Positions 44,706 through 54,408 of a stretch of 64,000 nt of DNA are shown piece by piece. How positions within the stretch are numbered: position 1 is the stretch's first letter; every line of letters starts with the position of its first letter. A program made the position numbers and the translations under genes. Source of the stretch: Verrucomicrobiaceae bacterium (lineage in GTDB: Bacteria; Verrucomicrobiota; Verrucomicrobiia; Verrucomicrobiales; Akkermansiaceae); NCBI GenBank assembly GCA_051252135.1, contig JBPOGH010000008.1:172372-236371 (forward strand), given 5' to 3'. The notes under the pieces were generated by a model. The model had not been told where the DNA came from. It searched no databases and saw nothing but the letters and a program-made list of their open reading frames with translations.

Positions 44706-47666
44706 ATGAATGGTTCGAAACTTTTTTTTCGCCTGACTCTTTTACTATTCTTTTTGTTAGAGATTCATTGGGTCGTTGCTGCGCTGCCCCCCGAGGCTAA
44801 GATTCAGGTTCGGAAGGCGGACCAATTAGCCAATAACGGAAGTGAAAAAGAGGCGCTGGAAGCAGTGGATGAACTCGTGACCCTTTTGGGGAACAAAAAC
44901 TATCCCGGGGAATCGTCCTACGTTGAGATTTTGGCTGTTGGTGCAAGAATCCGGCAAAGCTGTGGCAATCCCGAAGGTGGTTTGGAGCTTGCGGAGAGAG
45001 CCTTGGAAAGCGCGGCCCGGCTGAATCCCAAGAATTTTCATGTCACGGGGATGGCTCACGTTGCGGCAGCGTCGTGCCATGCTTCATTGGGTTTTCCGGA
45101 AAAGGCACGGGAGGAGGCTGCACGAGCTTGGGAGGTCATGGGTAAGATACCCTATCGTGACCCGGCGGTTCCGAACTTGATTCCCAGATGTCATGCGATG
45201 GTGCGTCTCGCCGCGACCTATCATGCGATGGGGGATTCGTTGATGGCGGAAAAATATTACCGCCTTGCGGTTGATGATGGGAGGCGGTTGATGGGGTTTC
45301 CGCTTCAGGGTGCGAGCTATGACCTAGGGAAATTTGCGGCGGCGGGTCGGGCTTTTAGTTCATTGGGCGGATTCTACACTCTGGCCGGGGACCATCGACG
45401 GGCGATCCCACTGTTGCTCGAATCGATTCAGATTCGCAGGAATGCGGGGCCCTCGTCGCTTCCCTCCAATTCGATGGATAATGAGTCGAGCTCGATATCG
45501 CTCAGTCGTGCTTATTTGGGAATTGGAGAGGTAGAGAGGGCCAAAAGATATAGCTACGAGGCGATGCAGAGGGCTTCCTTGGGACCCATTGCTCAACGCA
45601 GTGTGGTTGCCAAGTCGACGTTGGCTTCCGCATTTAGTGCTGAAGGGGAGTATGACAAGGCTCTGGAGTTGACCGGGGAGATGATGTCGATGCAGCAGAA
45701 AATGCGAAAAGATGATGAGTATCTCAATCCATCGCTGGTGAACAATACCGGATGGCTTCAACTTCAAAAGGGGGACCATGCGGGGGCGAGAAAATCACTG
45801 ATGAGTGCCTATCAGCTTTTGGTTAAGAGCGATGAGCAGGAGACGGAGTTAGGGGCCAATGTTCTCACTTCGCTAGCGATGATTGAATTTCTGGAGGGAA
45901 ACCCGGAGCGGGGATTGAAGGGGCTGCGGAAGGCGAATGCGATCTATGAAGCGGAGGTGGACCGGAAGATTGGCTTTGGATCGGATTCCCAGAAGCTGGC
46001 GTATCTTCAAAAACTGAAGGGTAAGACGAATTTTTTGCTGGGGATGGCGTTTAAAAAATACCCGGAGAATGAAGAAGTGGGAAGGGAGGCTTTGGTGACG
46101 GTTCTGCGAAGGAAAGGACGGATGACGCGCCTTTTGCAGCAATCGGCCCAGCTGTTGCGGGCGAGTCGGATTAGTGGCGAGGCGCGGAAACGGTTGGTGG
46201 ATGCGCGAGCGAAGCTTTCGTTACTGGGTCTCAGTTTGGGAGTTTTCAGTCGGGAAGGTGCGAGTGAATTTGATCAGGATTGGATGGTTGAGTTGGAGGA
46301 GGCGGAGCGCGCGATCAATGAATTGGTGAGGAAGCAAAAGGGGGCCGAGGTGCGAGGAGCCTCGTTGGATTTGGATCAGCTTGCGGCGGCTCTTGGCGAC
46401 GACGAGGTACTGCTGGAGTATGTTGTTTTTCGTCCGTATCGCGAGGGGGTTCCGAAAGCGAAGTTATCGACGATCCCGCTGAGATGTGGGGTTTTTGTGA
46501 TGAATTCGAGGGGGAAGATTCAGGTGAAGGACTTGGGTGATTACGGGGAGATTCGCAGGTTGGCGGTGAGTTTTCGTCGATCGGTATCAAATCCCGGTGA
46601 CGAGACGTATCGGGAGACGGGGAAGGTACTTTATGGGGAATTGATTGAGCCGATCCGCAAGGCATTGGGTGATGCGAAGCATTGGCGGGTTGCTCCCGAT
46701 GGACAGCTCAGTATGATTCCGTTTGGGGCTCTCATCGGTGATGGTGGAAGATTTTTGGAAGAGGAGGTTTCGGTGACCTATGTATCGAGCGGGAGTGAGT
46801 TGTTGGTTTCCAGAGAGAGGGTGCGGGGGGAGGGAGAGGTTACGATTTTTGCGGCGCCGGAGTACTCGCTTGGCGCAGTGAGGAGGTCGACAGAATCCCA
46901 GAAACAGGGTTTTAGTGCGAAGCTGGCTGATTTTTGGGAGCAGATTTCGGCCGTGGGCGCGCCGCTTCAGTTTCCTCCTTTACCGGGGACGGTGACAGAG
47001 GCGAAGGCTATTTTGAAACTGATGCCGGAGGCAAAAGTCTTAGGTGGGGTGAACGCGACCGAGGGGGCGTTTCGTGAAGCGGTGAAAGGTGGTATCGTCC
47101 ATGTGGCGACGCATGGTTTTTACCTGAATGACGAACTCATTTCCTCGAATGAAAAGAGGGGCCTGAAACGAGTGAAGCCGCGGCCCCAGCCGGGATTGGA
47201 GAATGTGGTGGATCCGGATGAGACGGGGAACTGGATTGGGCAACGAAGTTTGGATCATCCACTTTTGAACTGCGGGCTTGTGTTCAGTGGAGCGAATCAA
47301 TTGTTCGATGGTCGGGATGACGGGGTGTTGACGGGGATGGAGGTGTTGAATCTGGATTTGCGGGGAACTGACCTTGTCGTGCTCAGCGCGTGCGAAACCG
47401 GAGTGGGAGAGGTTGTGGCCGGCGAGGGTGTGTTGGGTCTAAACCAGGCGTTTCGGGTGGCGGGGGCTTCGTCCCTGGTGACGAGTTTCTGGAAGGTCAG
47501 CGATGAAGCGACGGCGGCTCTGATGGCGGAATTTTACTCGGGCCTGTCGAAGGAAATGGGCAAGGGGGAGGCGCTGAGATCAGCGGCGGGAAAAATCCGA
47601 GGGTCAGCGGAGTGGCAGCATCCGGCTTATTGGGCGGCCTTTTCTCTTTCCGGAGATGTGAAGTAA
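44706..47666 (+). CDS. Secreted TPR-CHAT protease
   Basis: Signal peptide, TPR-like helices, APDGQLSMIPF, LPGT..E, HVATHG (His), VVLSACETG (Cys), HPAYWAAF. Confidence 0.93.
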   Translation: MNGSKLFFRLTLLLFFLLEIHWVVAALPPEAKIQVRKADQLANNGSEKEALEAVDELVTLLGNKNYPGESSYVEILAVGARIRQSCGNPEGGLELAERALESAARLNPKNFHVTGMAHVAAASCHASLGFPEKAREEAARAWEVMGKIPYRDPAVPNLIPRCHAMVRLAATYHAMGDSLMAEKYYRLAVDDGRRLMGFPLQGASYDLGKFAAAGRAFSSLGGFYTLAGDHRRAIPLLLESIQIRRNAGPSSLPSNSMDNESSSISLSRAYLGIGEVERAKRYSYEAMQRASLGPIAQRSVVAKSTLASAFSAEGEYDKALELTGEMMSMQQKMRKDDEYLNPSLVNNTGWLQLQKGDHAGARKSLMSAYQLLVKSDEQETELGANVLTSLAMIEFLEGNPERGLKGLRKANAIYEAEVDRKIGFGSDSQKLAYLQKLKGKTNFLLGMAFKKYPENEEVGREALVTVLRRKGRMTRLLQQSAQLLRASRISGEARKRLVDARAKLSLLGLSLGVFSREGASEFDQDWMVELEEAERAINELVRKQKGAEVRGASLDLDQLAAALGDDEVLLEYVVFRPYREGVPKAKLSTIPLRCGVFVMNSRGKIQVKDLGDYGEIRRLAVSFRRSVSNPGDETYRETGKVLYGELIEPIRKALGDAKHWRVAPDGQLSMIPFGALIGDGGRFLEEEVSVTYVSSGSELLVSRERVRGEGEVTIFAAPEYSLGAVRRSTESQKQGFSAKLADFWEQISAVGAPLQFPPLPGTVTEAKAILKLMPEAKVLGGVNATEGAFREAVKGGIVHVATHGFYLNDELISSNEKRGLKRVKPRPQPGLENVVDPDETGNWIGQRSLDHPLLNCGLVFSGANQLFDGRDDGVLTGMEVLNLDLRGTDLVVLSACETGVGEVVAGEGVLGLNQAFRVAGASSLVTSFWKVSDEATAALMAEFYSGLSKEMGKGEALRSAAGKIRGSAEWQHPAYWAAFSLSGDVK

Positions 47667-47670
47667 GCGA

Positions 47671-49770
47671 TTACTCTTCAGACGGGAGAGAGGTCCAGGT
47701 GAGAAGTCGGGTGGCGTAGTTTCCGGTTTCGGCCCGGGTGAGTCCGCGGGTGGTTTCTTTGCCATACATCTTTGAGCTGAGGAGTTTGCCGAGGGGTGAT
47801 TGCATGGAGGCGCCGCGGGACACTTCGAGGGCTTCCTGCTCAAGGGCGGTGAAGCTATGGCGCTCACGGGTGGCGCGGGTGGCCAGGACGACGAGTTGTT
47901 CCTTAAGGGGTTGGTCTGCGGTGACGACCAAGCGGGGGGTGTCGAGCCGGCCGCCAGCAGGGATGCGGTTGTCATCGGTGGTGGCCGGTTCGGGAAAGAC
48001 GGCAGAGATGGCGAAGGATTGATCGACGTGAAGAAGGGTGACATCAGCGGCTACCGGAGAGCTGTTGGAAATGCGGAAGGCAATCTCGTCTCCTGCGTTG
48101 AGAGTTCTGCCCGAGGCTTCATGGGAGACGATGGTTCCATTGTCTGATCCGGGTGGGTCGAAGCGGACGAGGTCGACCTTGATTCTGAGGCTACTGTCTC
48201 CGGTGCCGCGACCTGCGATGTTGAGGAGTTGTCGTGCGCGGGAGATTTTTCCGAGATTTTTGATAATGCTTTCGGCGGAGAGGAAGGTTGTTTTTTCATT
48301 TGTTTGATTTCCGCAGGCGGGAAGGAGTTTTCCTTCGGAGGCTTCGTTTAGTTGGATGATCCAATCGGCGGTCCCTGCATCGGAAGTGAGTTCGTAAAGT
48401 CCTTTGGAATTTTTTTGGAGGGTGTTGATGACGGGTTGGGACGGGGTGTCGTTTTCATCGAGCTTTAGGGTGAGCCATTGGTTATCGTCGTTTCTTTTTT
48501 GAATGGCGACCTTCATGGTGGAGAGGCCCAGTTCGCGGTAGATGATCGAGGCCCGGCAGGCGGCGCTGAGGTCTGTGAGAATGGCCTTTTTCATTTCCCC
48601 AAATTCATGTGGGATCACAAATGAACCGGTGGCCTCCACGTGTGTGACTTTGACGGTGCCAAGGGATTGCTCCGAGTTGGTGACGGCGGGCGGGAAGACT
48701 TCGAGGATGGTGCCTTTCGTGATTCCGCGAAGGTGTCCGGAGTTGATTTGAAGACCTTTGGGACCTTGCATGCCGGTGAAGAGGACTTCGTGACGTTTTG
48801 GTGCTTTTCCTATTCCGAGGACGGGGAGGTCGAGGCCGTCTCCTTCCATGAGGGGAGTGGGTTGAAGGATGCCGTTGCTGCGGTAAACGACGTCGACAGT
48901 TTCGGCGAGATCGCGGTAGGTGAGGGCGCCGGGAGCGCCGGCGATAATCTCGAGAATGGTGGTGGAGAACAGTCCTCTTCTGGGGCCATGGGGAGGGGGC
49001 ATGGGCAATTCGAAGGTGGGCTCGAGAGACTGGGCGGCATACATGGCGATCAGTTTGCCTTTTGAGGCGGGCGAGGTTTTGGCGTATTCCCCGGAGGTTT
49101 CGGACCTGGTAGCGGGGACTTTCAGAGAGGGAGAGGTGGAGACCGCTTTTGGAATGAGGAGGGCGGGATCGATACGGCGATTGACGCGACCGGTCTGCTC
49201 GGTTCCCCGGGTCATGGTGCCGGAGTGACAGGAGTCGAAGATAATCCAGACGAGGGCTCCCTTGTTGCGGATTTTGTTGGTCCAGACTTTGATTTCGTCA
49301 TCGATGATTGCTCCTTCGATGGTCTTTTTTTCGGGATTCCAGACGGTGGTGTCGGCAGGCAGGAAAATCTCGTCCAGGCCATCGGTCTCGATGTCATCCT
49401 TATCATCGTTTGCCGGTTGTTGGCTGCCGTGGCCCGACATCAAGATGAAGACGACGTCGTCTTTTTGAGCTTTTGTGGCGAGGTTTTCGAAGGCTTTGGC
49501 GATGTTGTCACGGGTGGGACGCGCTTCCGCCTCCTTTGGCCAACCGGCCAAAGTGGTGATGTTTTTTTCAGGGAATTGAAAGCGGTCGCCGGTGAGGACC
49601 TCCTTGGCGAGAGCGACATCGTTGACGGGTCCCACAAGCCATTGGCTGCGATCGAGGGACGGGTATTCGGAAACGCCGACAAGGAGAGCGTGGTTTGCAG
49701 CAAGGGTGGATTCTGTGGCCAGCAAGAAGAGCGTGCTTGCTACAAAGCGAGCCAGAGGTGGTCGTTTCAT
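47671..49770 (-). CDS. Secreted caspase-family (C14) protease with a DUF4384-like C-terminal domain
   Basis: Signal peptide; ALLVGV..Y, NDV, SGHGSQ (His), DSCHSG (Cys); C-terminal GDEIAF..VFP..NRI. Confidence 0.92.
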   Translation of the reverse strand: MKRPPLARFVASTLFLLATESTLAANHALLVGVSEYPSLDRSQWLVGPVNDVALAKEVLTGDRFQFPEKNITTLAGWPKEAEARPTRDNIAKAFENLATKAQKDDVVFILMSGHGSQQPANDDKDDIETDGLDEIFLPADTTVWNPEKKTIEGAIIDDEIKVWTNKIRNKGALVWIIFDSCHSGTMTRGTEQTGRVNRRIDPALLIPKAVSTSPSLKVPATRSETSGEYAKTSPASKGKLIAMYAAQSLEPTFELPMPPPHGPRRGLFSTTILEIIAGAPGALTYRDLAETVDVVYRSNGILQPTPLMEGDGLDLPVLGIGKAPKRHEVLFTGMQGPKGLQINSGHLRGITKGTILEVFPPAVTNSEQSLGTVKVTHVEATGSFVIPHEFGEMKKAILTDLSAACRASIIYRELGLSTMKVAIQKRNDDNQWLTLKLDENDTPSQPVINTLQKNSKGLYELTSDAGTADWIIQLNEASEGKLLPACGNQTNEKTTFLSAESIIKNLGKISRARQLLNIAGRGTGDSSLRIKVDLVRFDPPGSDNGTIVSHEASGRTLNAGDEIAFRISNSSPVAADVTLLHVDQSFAISAVFPEPATTDDNRIPAGGRLDTPRLVVTADQPLKEQLVVLATRATRERHSFTALEQEALEVSRGASMQSPLGKLLSSKMYGKETTRGLTRAETGNYATRLLTWTSLPSEE

Positions 49771-50017
49771 TGGCGAGAACTTTAATGTGATCAGGGCAAG
49801 AAGCGAGACTTCGCTGGTGGGGAGTTTTTTGCGGGAAAAGTCCGTTAGGGAGTCGTTGGTAGGATACGGACGAAGAAGCGGGGTTGGTTGGGGGGAGCAG
49901 GTGTTTTGGAAGGTTGGTTCGTTCAGGAGTTCAGGGTTTGTTTTACTTTAGGTCTTGGATCAGAGCGGTGTATGTGGATAACCGTGTGCGCAATTGTGTG
50001 CAGAACCTCTTAAGACC

Positions 50018-50914
50018 ATGACTATTCCCCGTTTTTCATTGATAGCCCTTACGACACTTTTTCCGGCTGCTTCCAGTGCAGTTTTGGTAACGACTTGGAC
50101 TGCTGACAATGCGACTTTGGGTGATGCCGGGGCAGCTTCGGTATTACTGGAGGCCAGTCCGGTGGCATCTGATATGACCTCGTCAGTCGGGGGAGCAGTA
50201 ACAGATTACACGGATGTGTTCACCCTGAACGCCACGCAGCAGATGCAACTGAGTTCGGTTGGCTTGCCGGTAACGCAAGGGTTGGACAATGTGCGGGGAG
50301 ACACGCGGAAGTTGATTGGGTCGAGTTTTGAAGGATTTGGAACGCAAGGGGGTTCCGGGAATGTGACGACGCGTGATGCGACGATTGATTTGTTTTTCAG
50401 CCCCGACAGCTTGAGCGATGCTTCGCAGATGATTTTTGAAACGGGCGGGAGTGGAGCCGGATCGAGTGTGCATATGAATGGGACGACAATGACCTTTGCG
50501 GCGGCCCAGAATGCGGGGACGGCTGTGAATACCTCGATTGATCTCTCGACGATCTATGATGTGGTGCCTGACACGGAGGATATGCTTTTGGTGCGATTGG
50601 CAATCAACATGGCGGGCGATGAGATCGTTTTATCGGCGACGAATCTTGGAACGGGGCTTTCGACGAACAGCTCGGTGGCCTTTACGGGAGCCGATTGGGC
50701 CGGGGGTGATGGGACGGGGATATTTAATACCCAGGGATCGACCGGCGGTTCGGCGGGAGGCAATGTTCCGGCAAGCTACTCGAATTTTGACGGGCAGTTT
50801 GGAGGAATGAAATTTTACACCGACGAAGTTTTGTCTCCGATTCCTGAGCCTTCGTCATCGGTGATGGTGTTTTTGGCACTGAGTTGGTTGGGTGCGCGGC
50901 GGGTGCGGAAGTAG
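50018..50914 (+). CDS. PEP-CTERM protein
   Basis: Signal peptide; ends IPEPSSSVMVFLALSWLGARRVRK. Confidence 0.92.
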   Translation: MTIPRFSLIALTTLFPAASSAVLVTTWTADNATLGDAGAASVLLEASPVASDMTSSVGGAVTDYTDVFTLNATQQMQLSSVGLPVTQGLDNVRGDTRKLIGSSFEGFGTQGGSGNVTTRDATIDLFFSPDSLSDASQMIFETGGSGAGSSVHMNGTTMTFAAAQNAGTAVNTSIDLSTIYDVVPDTEDMLLVRLAINMAGDEIVLSATNLGTGLSTNSSVAFTGADWAGGDGTGIFNTQGSTGGSAGGNVPASYSNFDGQFGGMKFYTDEVLSPIPEPSSSVMVFLALSWLGARRVRK

Positions 50915-50982
50915 GTTTTCGTCTGAGCCGGAGACCCGGATGGATGGGGCGATGAGTTTTGGGAGGTCTCCGCTTGGGACTG

Positions 50983-51255
50983 AGAGGCCGTCTGAAAAAT
51001 GCGCAACGAGTGTTCTGGTTATTGGGTTTTGAAAGAAATGCCGCTTCGCTGAGGAGGCAGGAGTTGAACCCTGAAGGGCTGCGAGTCCTTTCGCTTTAGG
51101 CGGCGTTGGTGTTTACCAACTTTGCTCTCGCCTCCCGGCTCGCCCCTGCGGGCTGCACCGCGCGCAGGCTATGTCCTTCCAGTCCATTATCGTCCCGTCT
51201 TGCTTGAAGAGAAAATCCTTCGCAGCACTCATTCGGCATTTTTCAGACAGCCTCT
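50983..51255. mobile_element. MITE-like element, 273 bp
   Basis: Terminal inverted repeats AGAGGCCGTCTGAAAAATGC / GCATTTTTCAGACAGCCTCT (19 of 20 match); no transposase. Confidence 0.7.
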
Positions 51256-52388
51256 TAGTGATGGTCCATGATGATGCGGACTTGGGCGATGGCTTGGGTG
51301 AGGGCTTCTCCGCAGGATTCCGCGGTGGGGCGTTCGGCGATGAGGTATCCTTTGGATTCGCCGCTTCCGGTGCGGTGATCGAAGACGCTTCCCACCTTTA
51401 AGGAGCAGGCGAGATCGGTGATGCCGGGGATGGCGCGGGCTTGATCGAGGCCCTGGATTTCGCGCACGGTTCCGTGACCGGGGTGGATGATCCATACGCC
51501 CGCGTGTTGTTGGGCCTTGGTGGGGAATGGGGGTGTTTCTCCGGTGGCGAGGCGGAGGAGGGCTTCCCAGGGGTCGAAGTGATAGGCGCGCCGGATGAGT
51601 TCCATGATGTAGCCGCCGGGCGGGCGGGCGGCGATCTCGCCAAAGACGGGGCCGTTTTTTGAGAGAAAGAGCTCCATGTGGGTCATTCCGGTGGTGATGC
51701 CGAGTTGGTCGTGGACGCGGTTGGTGAGGTGGCGGACGGAGTCGGCAAGGTTTGTGTCCAGGGTGGCGGGGACGACGTTGGCCCAGCGGGGTTTCCAGTA
51801 GCGGGTGAAGTTCTGGAAGGTGGCTTGTCCGTGCTGGCGGAAGGTCTCGACGCTCATTTCGGTGCCGTGGACGAAGCCCTCGACGAGGAGGCCGGGGCGG
51901 AGGTGGTTTTTGACCTCTTCTTTGGAGTGGCAGATCCAGACGCCGCGGCCGCCGGAGCTGATGGGCATTTTGAGGACGAGGGGGAGTCCGAGTTGGTCGA
52001 TGAGGTCGTCGGGTTGGGTGTTGGCGTCCGTCTCGGTCCAGGGGGCGCAGGGAAGGCCGGCGGCGACGATGGCTTTTTTCATGACGAGCTTGTCATGGCA
52101 TTTGCGGGCGGTCTCGAGGCTGAGGCCGGGGAGGCCGAAGTGCTGGCGGATGGCGGCGGCGGCGATGACGGAACCGGTGGTGACGGCGGCGACGGCGCAG
52201 GGGGGATCATCGGGGAAGAGGGCGAGGGCTTCTTCCAGGGCTTCGATCTTTGTGCCGCCGAAGGCGTTGGGGGCTTGTTCTTTGCGCGGGTGGACATCGA
52301 TGACGACGGGGTGCCAGCCGCAGCGTTTGGCGGCGGCGATGGCGGCCTTGCGACGGCCGATCAGGAGTATCTTTTTTGGCTTACTCAT
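51255..52388 (-). CDS. ATP-grasp domain protein
   Basis: DKLVMK, PLVLKM..SGGRGV, VEGFVHGTEMSVE, HMELF, EIAARPPG. Confidence 0.9.
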   Translation of the reverse strand: MSKPKKILLIGRRKAAIAAAKRCGWHPVVIDVHPRKEQAPNAFGGTKIEALEEALALFPDDPPCAVAAVTTGSVIAAAAIRQHFGLPGLSLETARKCHDKLVMKKAIVAAGLPCAPWTETDANTQPDDLIDQLGLPLVLKMPISSGGRGVWICHSKEEVKNHLRPGLLVEGFVHGTEMSVETFRQHGQATFQNFTRYWKPRWANVVPATLDTNLADSVRHLTNRVHDQLGITTGMTHMELFLSKNGPVFGEIAARPPGGYIMELIRRAYHFDPWEALLRLATGETPPFPTKAQQHAGVWIIHPGHGTVREIQGLDQARAIPGITDLACSLKVGSVFDHRTGSGESKGYLIAERPTAESCGEALTQAIAQVRIIMDHH

Positions 52389-52545
52389 CCGGGGACGGGG
52401 TCGAAGTTACGAGACTGACGTTCATGATGCGCCAGGCCAACCCGCCCCATACCTGACTGGATTGATCACGCAATGATTTTTGTTGGGGGGAGGCCCGGAG
52501 CACGGGCTGGTGGACAAGGGAAGAAAATGAGGTAAGGCTGGGGGC

Positions 52546-52920
52546 ATGAAGGTGACCGAAGTGGCATTTACCTGTTATCCCGCGAGCGACCTCGCGGCCT
52601 CCCGTGCTTTTTATGAAGGATTGCTGGGTCTGACGCCGGCGATGGAAACGCCGATGGGCGAGGATGGTGGCTGGGTGGAATATGAGCTGGGGCCGCACAC
52701 GCTTGCGATTGGGAAGGCTCCGGGATGGGAGGCGAGTGCCGATGGGCCGAGTTGCGGATTGGAGGTTGAGGATTTTGAGGCTGCGATCGCGGTGCTGAAG
52801 GAGGCGGAGGTTTCCTTTAAGATGGAGCCTTTTGAGACTCCGGTGTGTCACATGGCGATGGCGCTCGATCCGGCAGGGAATGTGATCATCATTCACAAGC
52901 GGAAGCCGGGGCATTCCTGA
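52546..52920 (+). CDS. VOC/glyoxalase family protein
   Basis: DLAASRAFYEGLLGL, EVEDF, DPAGN. Confidence 0.9.
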   Translation: MKVTEVAFTCYPASDLAASRAFYEGLLGLTPAMETPMGEDGGWVEYELGPHTLAIGKAPGWEASADGPSCGLEVEDFEAAIAVLKEAEVSFKMEPFETPVCHMAMALDPAGNVIIIHKRKPGHS

Positions 52921-52986
52921 TCTCCGCGGAGTCAGGAAACTTTCAACGGTCAACATACTCGAAACGCGTTCTCTCTTTTTTCAATC

Positions 52987-54327
52987 ATGCCTGAAGCTTC
53001 GGATACACCAGAATTAAACTCACAAATCATTACGGACCAAGCGGAGGCGATCGACTCCAGAATGTCGGATCTTGCCCAGAGGCTTTCCGCGTGGCTCGGC
53101 GAGCAACACTGGATTCCGGATTCTCTGAGCCATTCCGTAGCGGTTCTCATTCTGCTTTTGGGAATGTTGGCGGTGTCGTCCATCATCTATTTCGTTTTCA
53201 GGCCACTGGTTCTGCGTTGGGTTAAGCATCTGGTCGGTAAAAGTGATATTACCTGGGACAATGAACTGATGGGTCATGGAGTCTTTCGATGGCTCACCCA
53301 TCTCCTTCCGGGGGTCTTTATTTTTCTCGTGGCACCGGGACTTTTTGAATCGGTGCCTTACCTCGGGATGATCCTGCGAGCGGCCTCTTCACTCTATATC
53401 CTGATTGCGTGTTATTTGGTTTTCGACTCGATGCTCAATGCGCTGCAGGCCATCTTTTCGAAGACTCCGGCAGGGAGAAAAATCAATCTCACCACTTTTG
53501 CCCAAGTCGCCAAGCTCTTGGCTGCCCTGGTCGTCATCGTCCTTTCCCTTGCGGTGATTCTTGGCAAGTCGCCGCTCGTTCTCCTTGGGGGTTTTGGGGT
53601 TTTTGCCTCGGTGCTGATGCTGGTTTTCAAAGATGTGATCCTTGGTTTTATCGCCGGTATTCAGCTTGCAACCAACCGGATGCTCTCGCTGGGCGACTGG
53701 CTGGAAATGCCCAATTATCAGGCGGACGGAAATGTGGAAGTGATCGGGCTTACCACGGTGAAGGTGCGCAACTGGGATAGGACGGTGACGACCATTCCGA
53801 CCTATGCGTTGATCAGCGATTCGTTCAAGAACTGGCGAGGGATGTCAGAGAGCAATGGACGCCGAATTAAGCGGAGCTTCCTGATCGATACCAACTCTGT
53901 TCGGCTTTGTGACGAGGAGATGCTCGAAAGGTTCCGGGAGATCGAACACATTTCGGCTTATCTCGACGCCAAGGAAAAGGAGATTGGACAGTCCAATTCG
54001 AAGATCGGCGAGTCCCGCCTTCATAACCGGGTGAATGGCAGGCGTCTCACCAACATCGGGACCTTTCGCGCTTACATTGAGGGATATCTCAAGACCCATC
54101 CGGACATCAATCAGGAGATGACTCTTCTTGTTCGTCAGCTTGGGACCGAGGGACGGGGCATTCCGATTGAGATTTACTGCTTCAGTTCAAACAAGGAATG
54201 GAATGCTTACGAAGGGATCCAGGCCGACATCTTTGATCATCTTTATGCGGTGGCTCCGGAGTTTGATCTGCGCATTTTCCAAGAGCCCACCGGGTATGAT
54301 TTTCAGCAGATTGCTTCAGGGAAGTGA
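52987..54327 (+). CDS. Mechanosensitive channel, MscS family (YbdG-like)
   Basis: LVFKD..G..AGIQL, GDWLEMP..ADG, VKVRNWD, GRRIKRS, TNIGTFRAY. Confidence 0.93.
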   Translation: MPEASDTPELNSQIITDQAEAIDSRMSDLAQRLSAWLGEQHWIPDSLSHSVAVLILLLGMLAVSSIIYFVFRPLVLRWVKHLVGKSDITWDNELMGHGVFRWLTHLLPGVFIFLVAPGLFESVPYLGMILRAASSLYILIACYLVFDSMLNALQAIFSKTPAGRKINLTTFAQVAKLLAALVVIVLSLAVILGKSPLVLLGGFGVFASVLMLVFKDVILGFIAGIQLATNRMLSLGDWLEMPNYQADGNVEVIGLTTVKVRNWDRTVTTIPTYALISDSFKNWRGMSESNGRRIKRSFLIDTNSVRLCDEEMLERFREIEHISAYLDAKEKEIGQSNSKIGESRLHNRVNGRRLTNIGTFRAYIEGYLKTHPDINQEMTLLVRQLGTEGRGIPIEIYCFSSNKEWNAYEGIQADIFDHLYAVAPEFDLRIFQEPTGYDFQQIASGK

Positions 54328-54354
54328 GGGGCGGCGGGTGGGTTGTTTGGGGAG

Positions 54355-54372
54355 GCGGGCAGGAATGCCCGC
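54355..54372. repeat. REP-like palindrome
   Basis: GCGGGCAGGAATGCCCGC; near copy at 56387-56404. Confidence 0.6.
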
Positions 54373-54408
54373 TTTCCTTATTGGGAAAAGGTTCCTGCCT
54401 TGGGAGGA

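Noticed and set aside
49973..49981. Perfect DnaA box TGTGGATAA
   Set aside because: Isolated, far from the skew switch and parS-like sites; one copy in 64 kb can be chance
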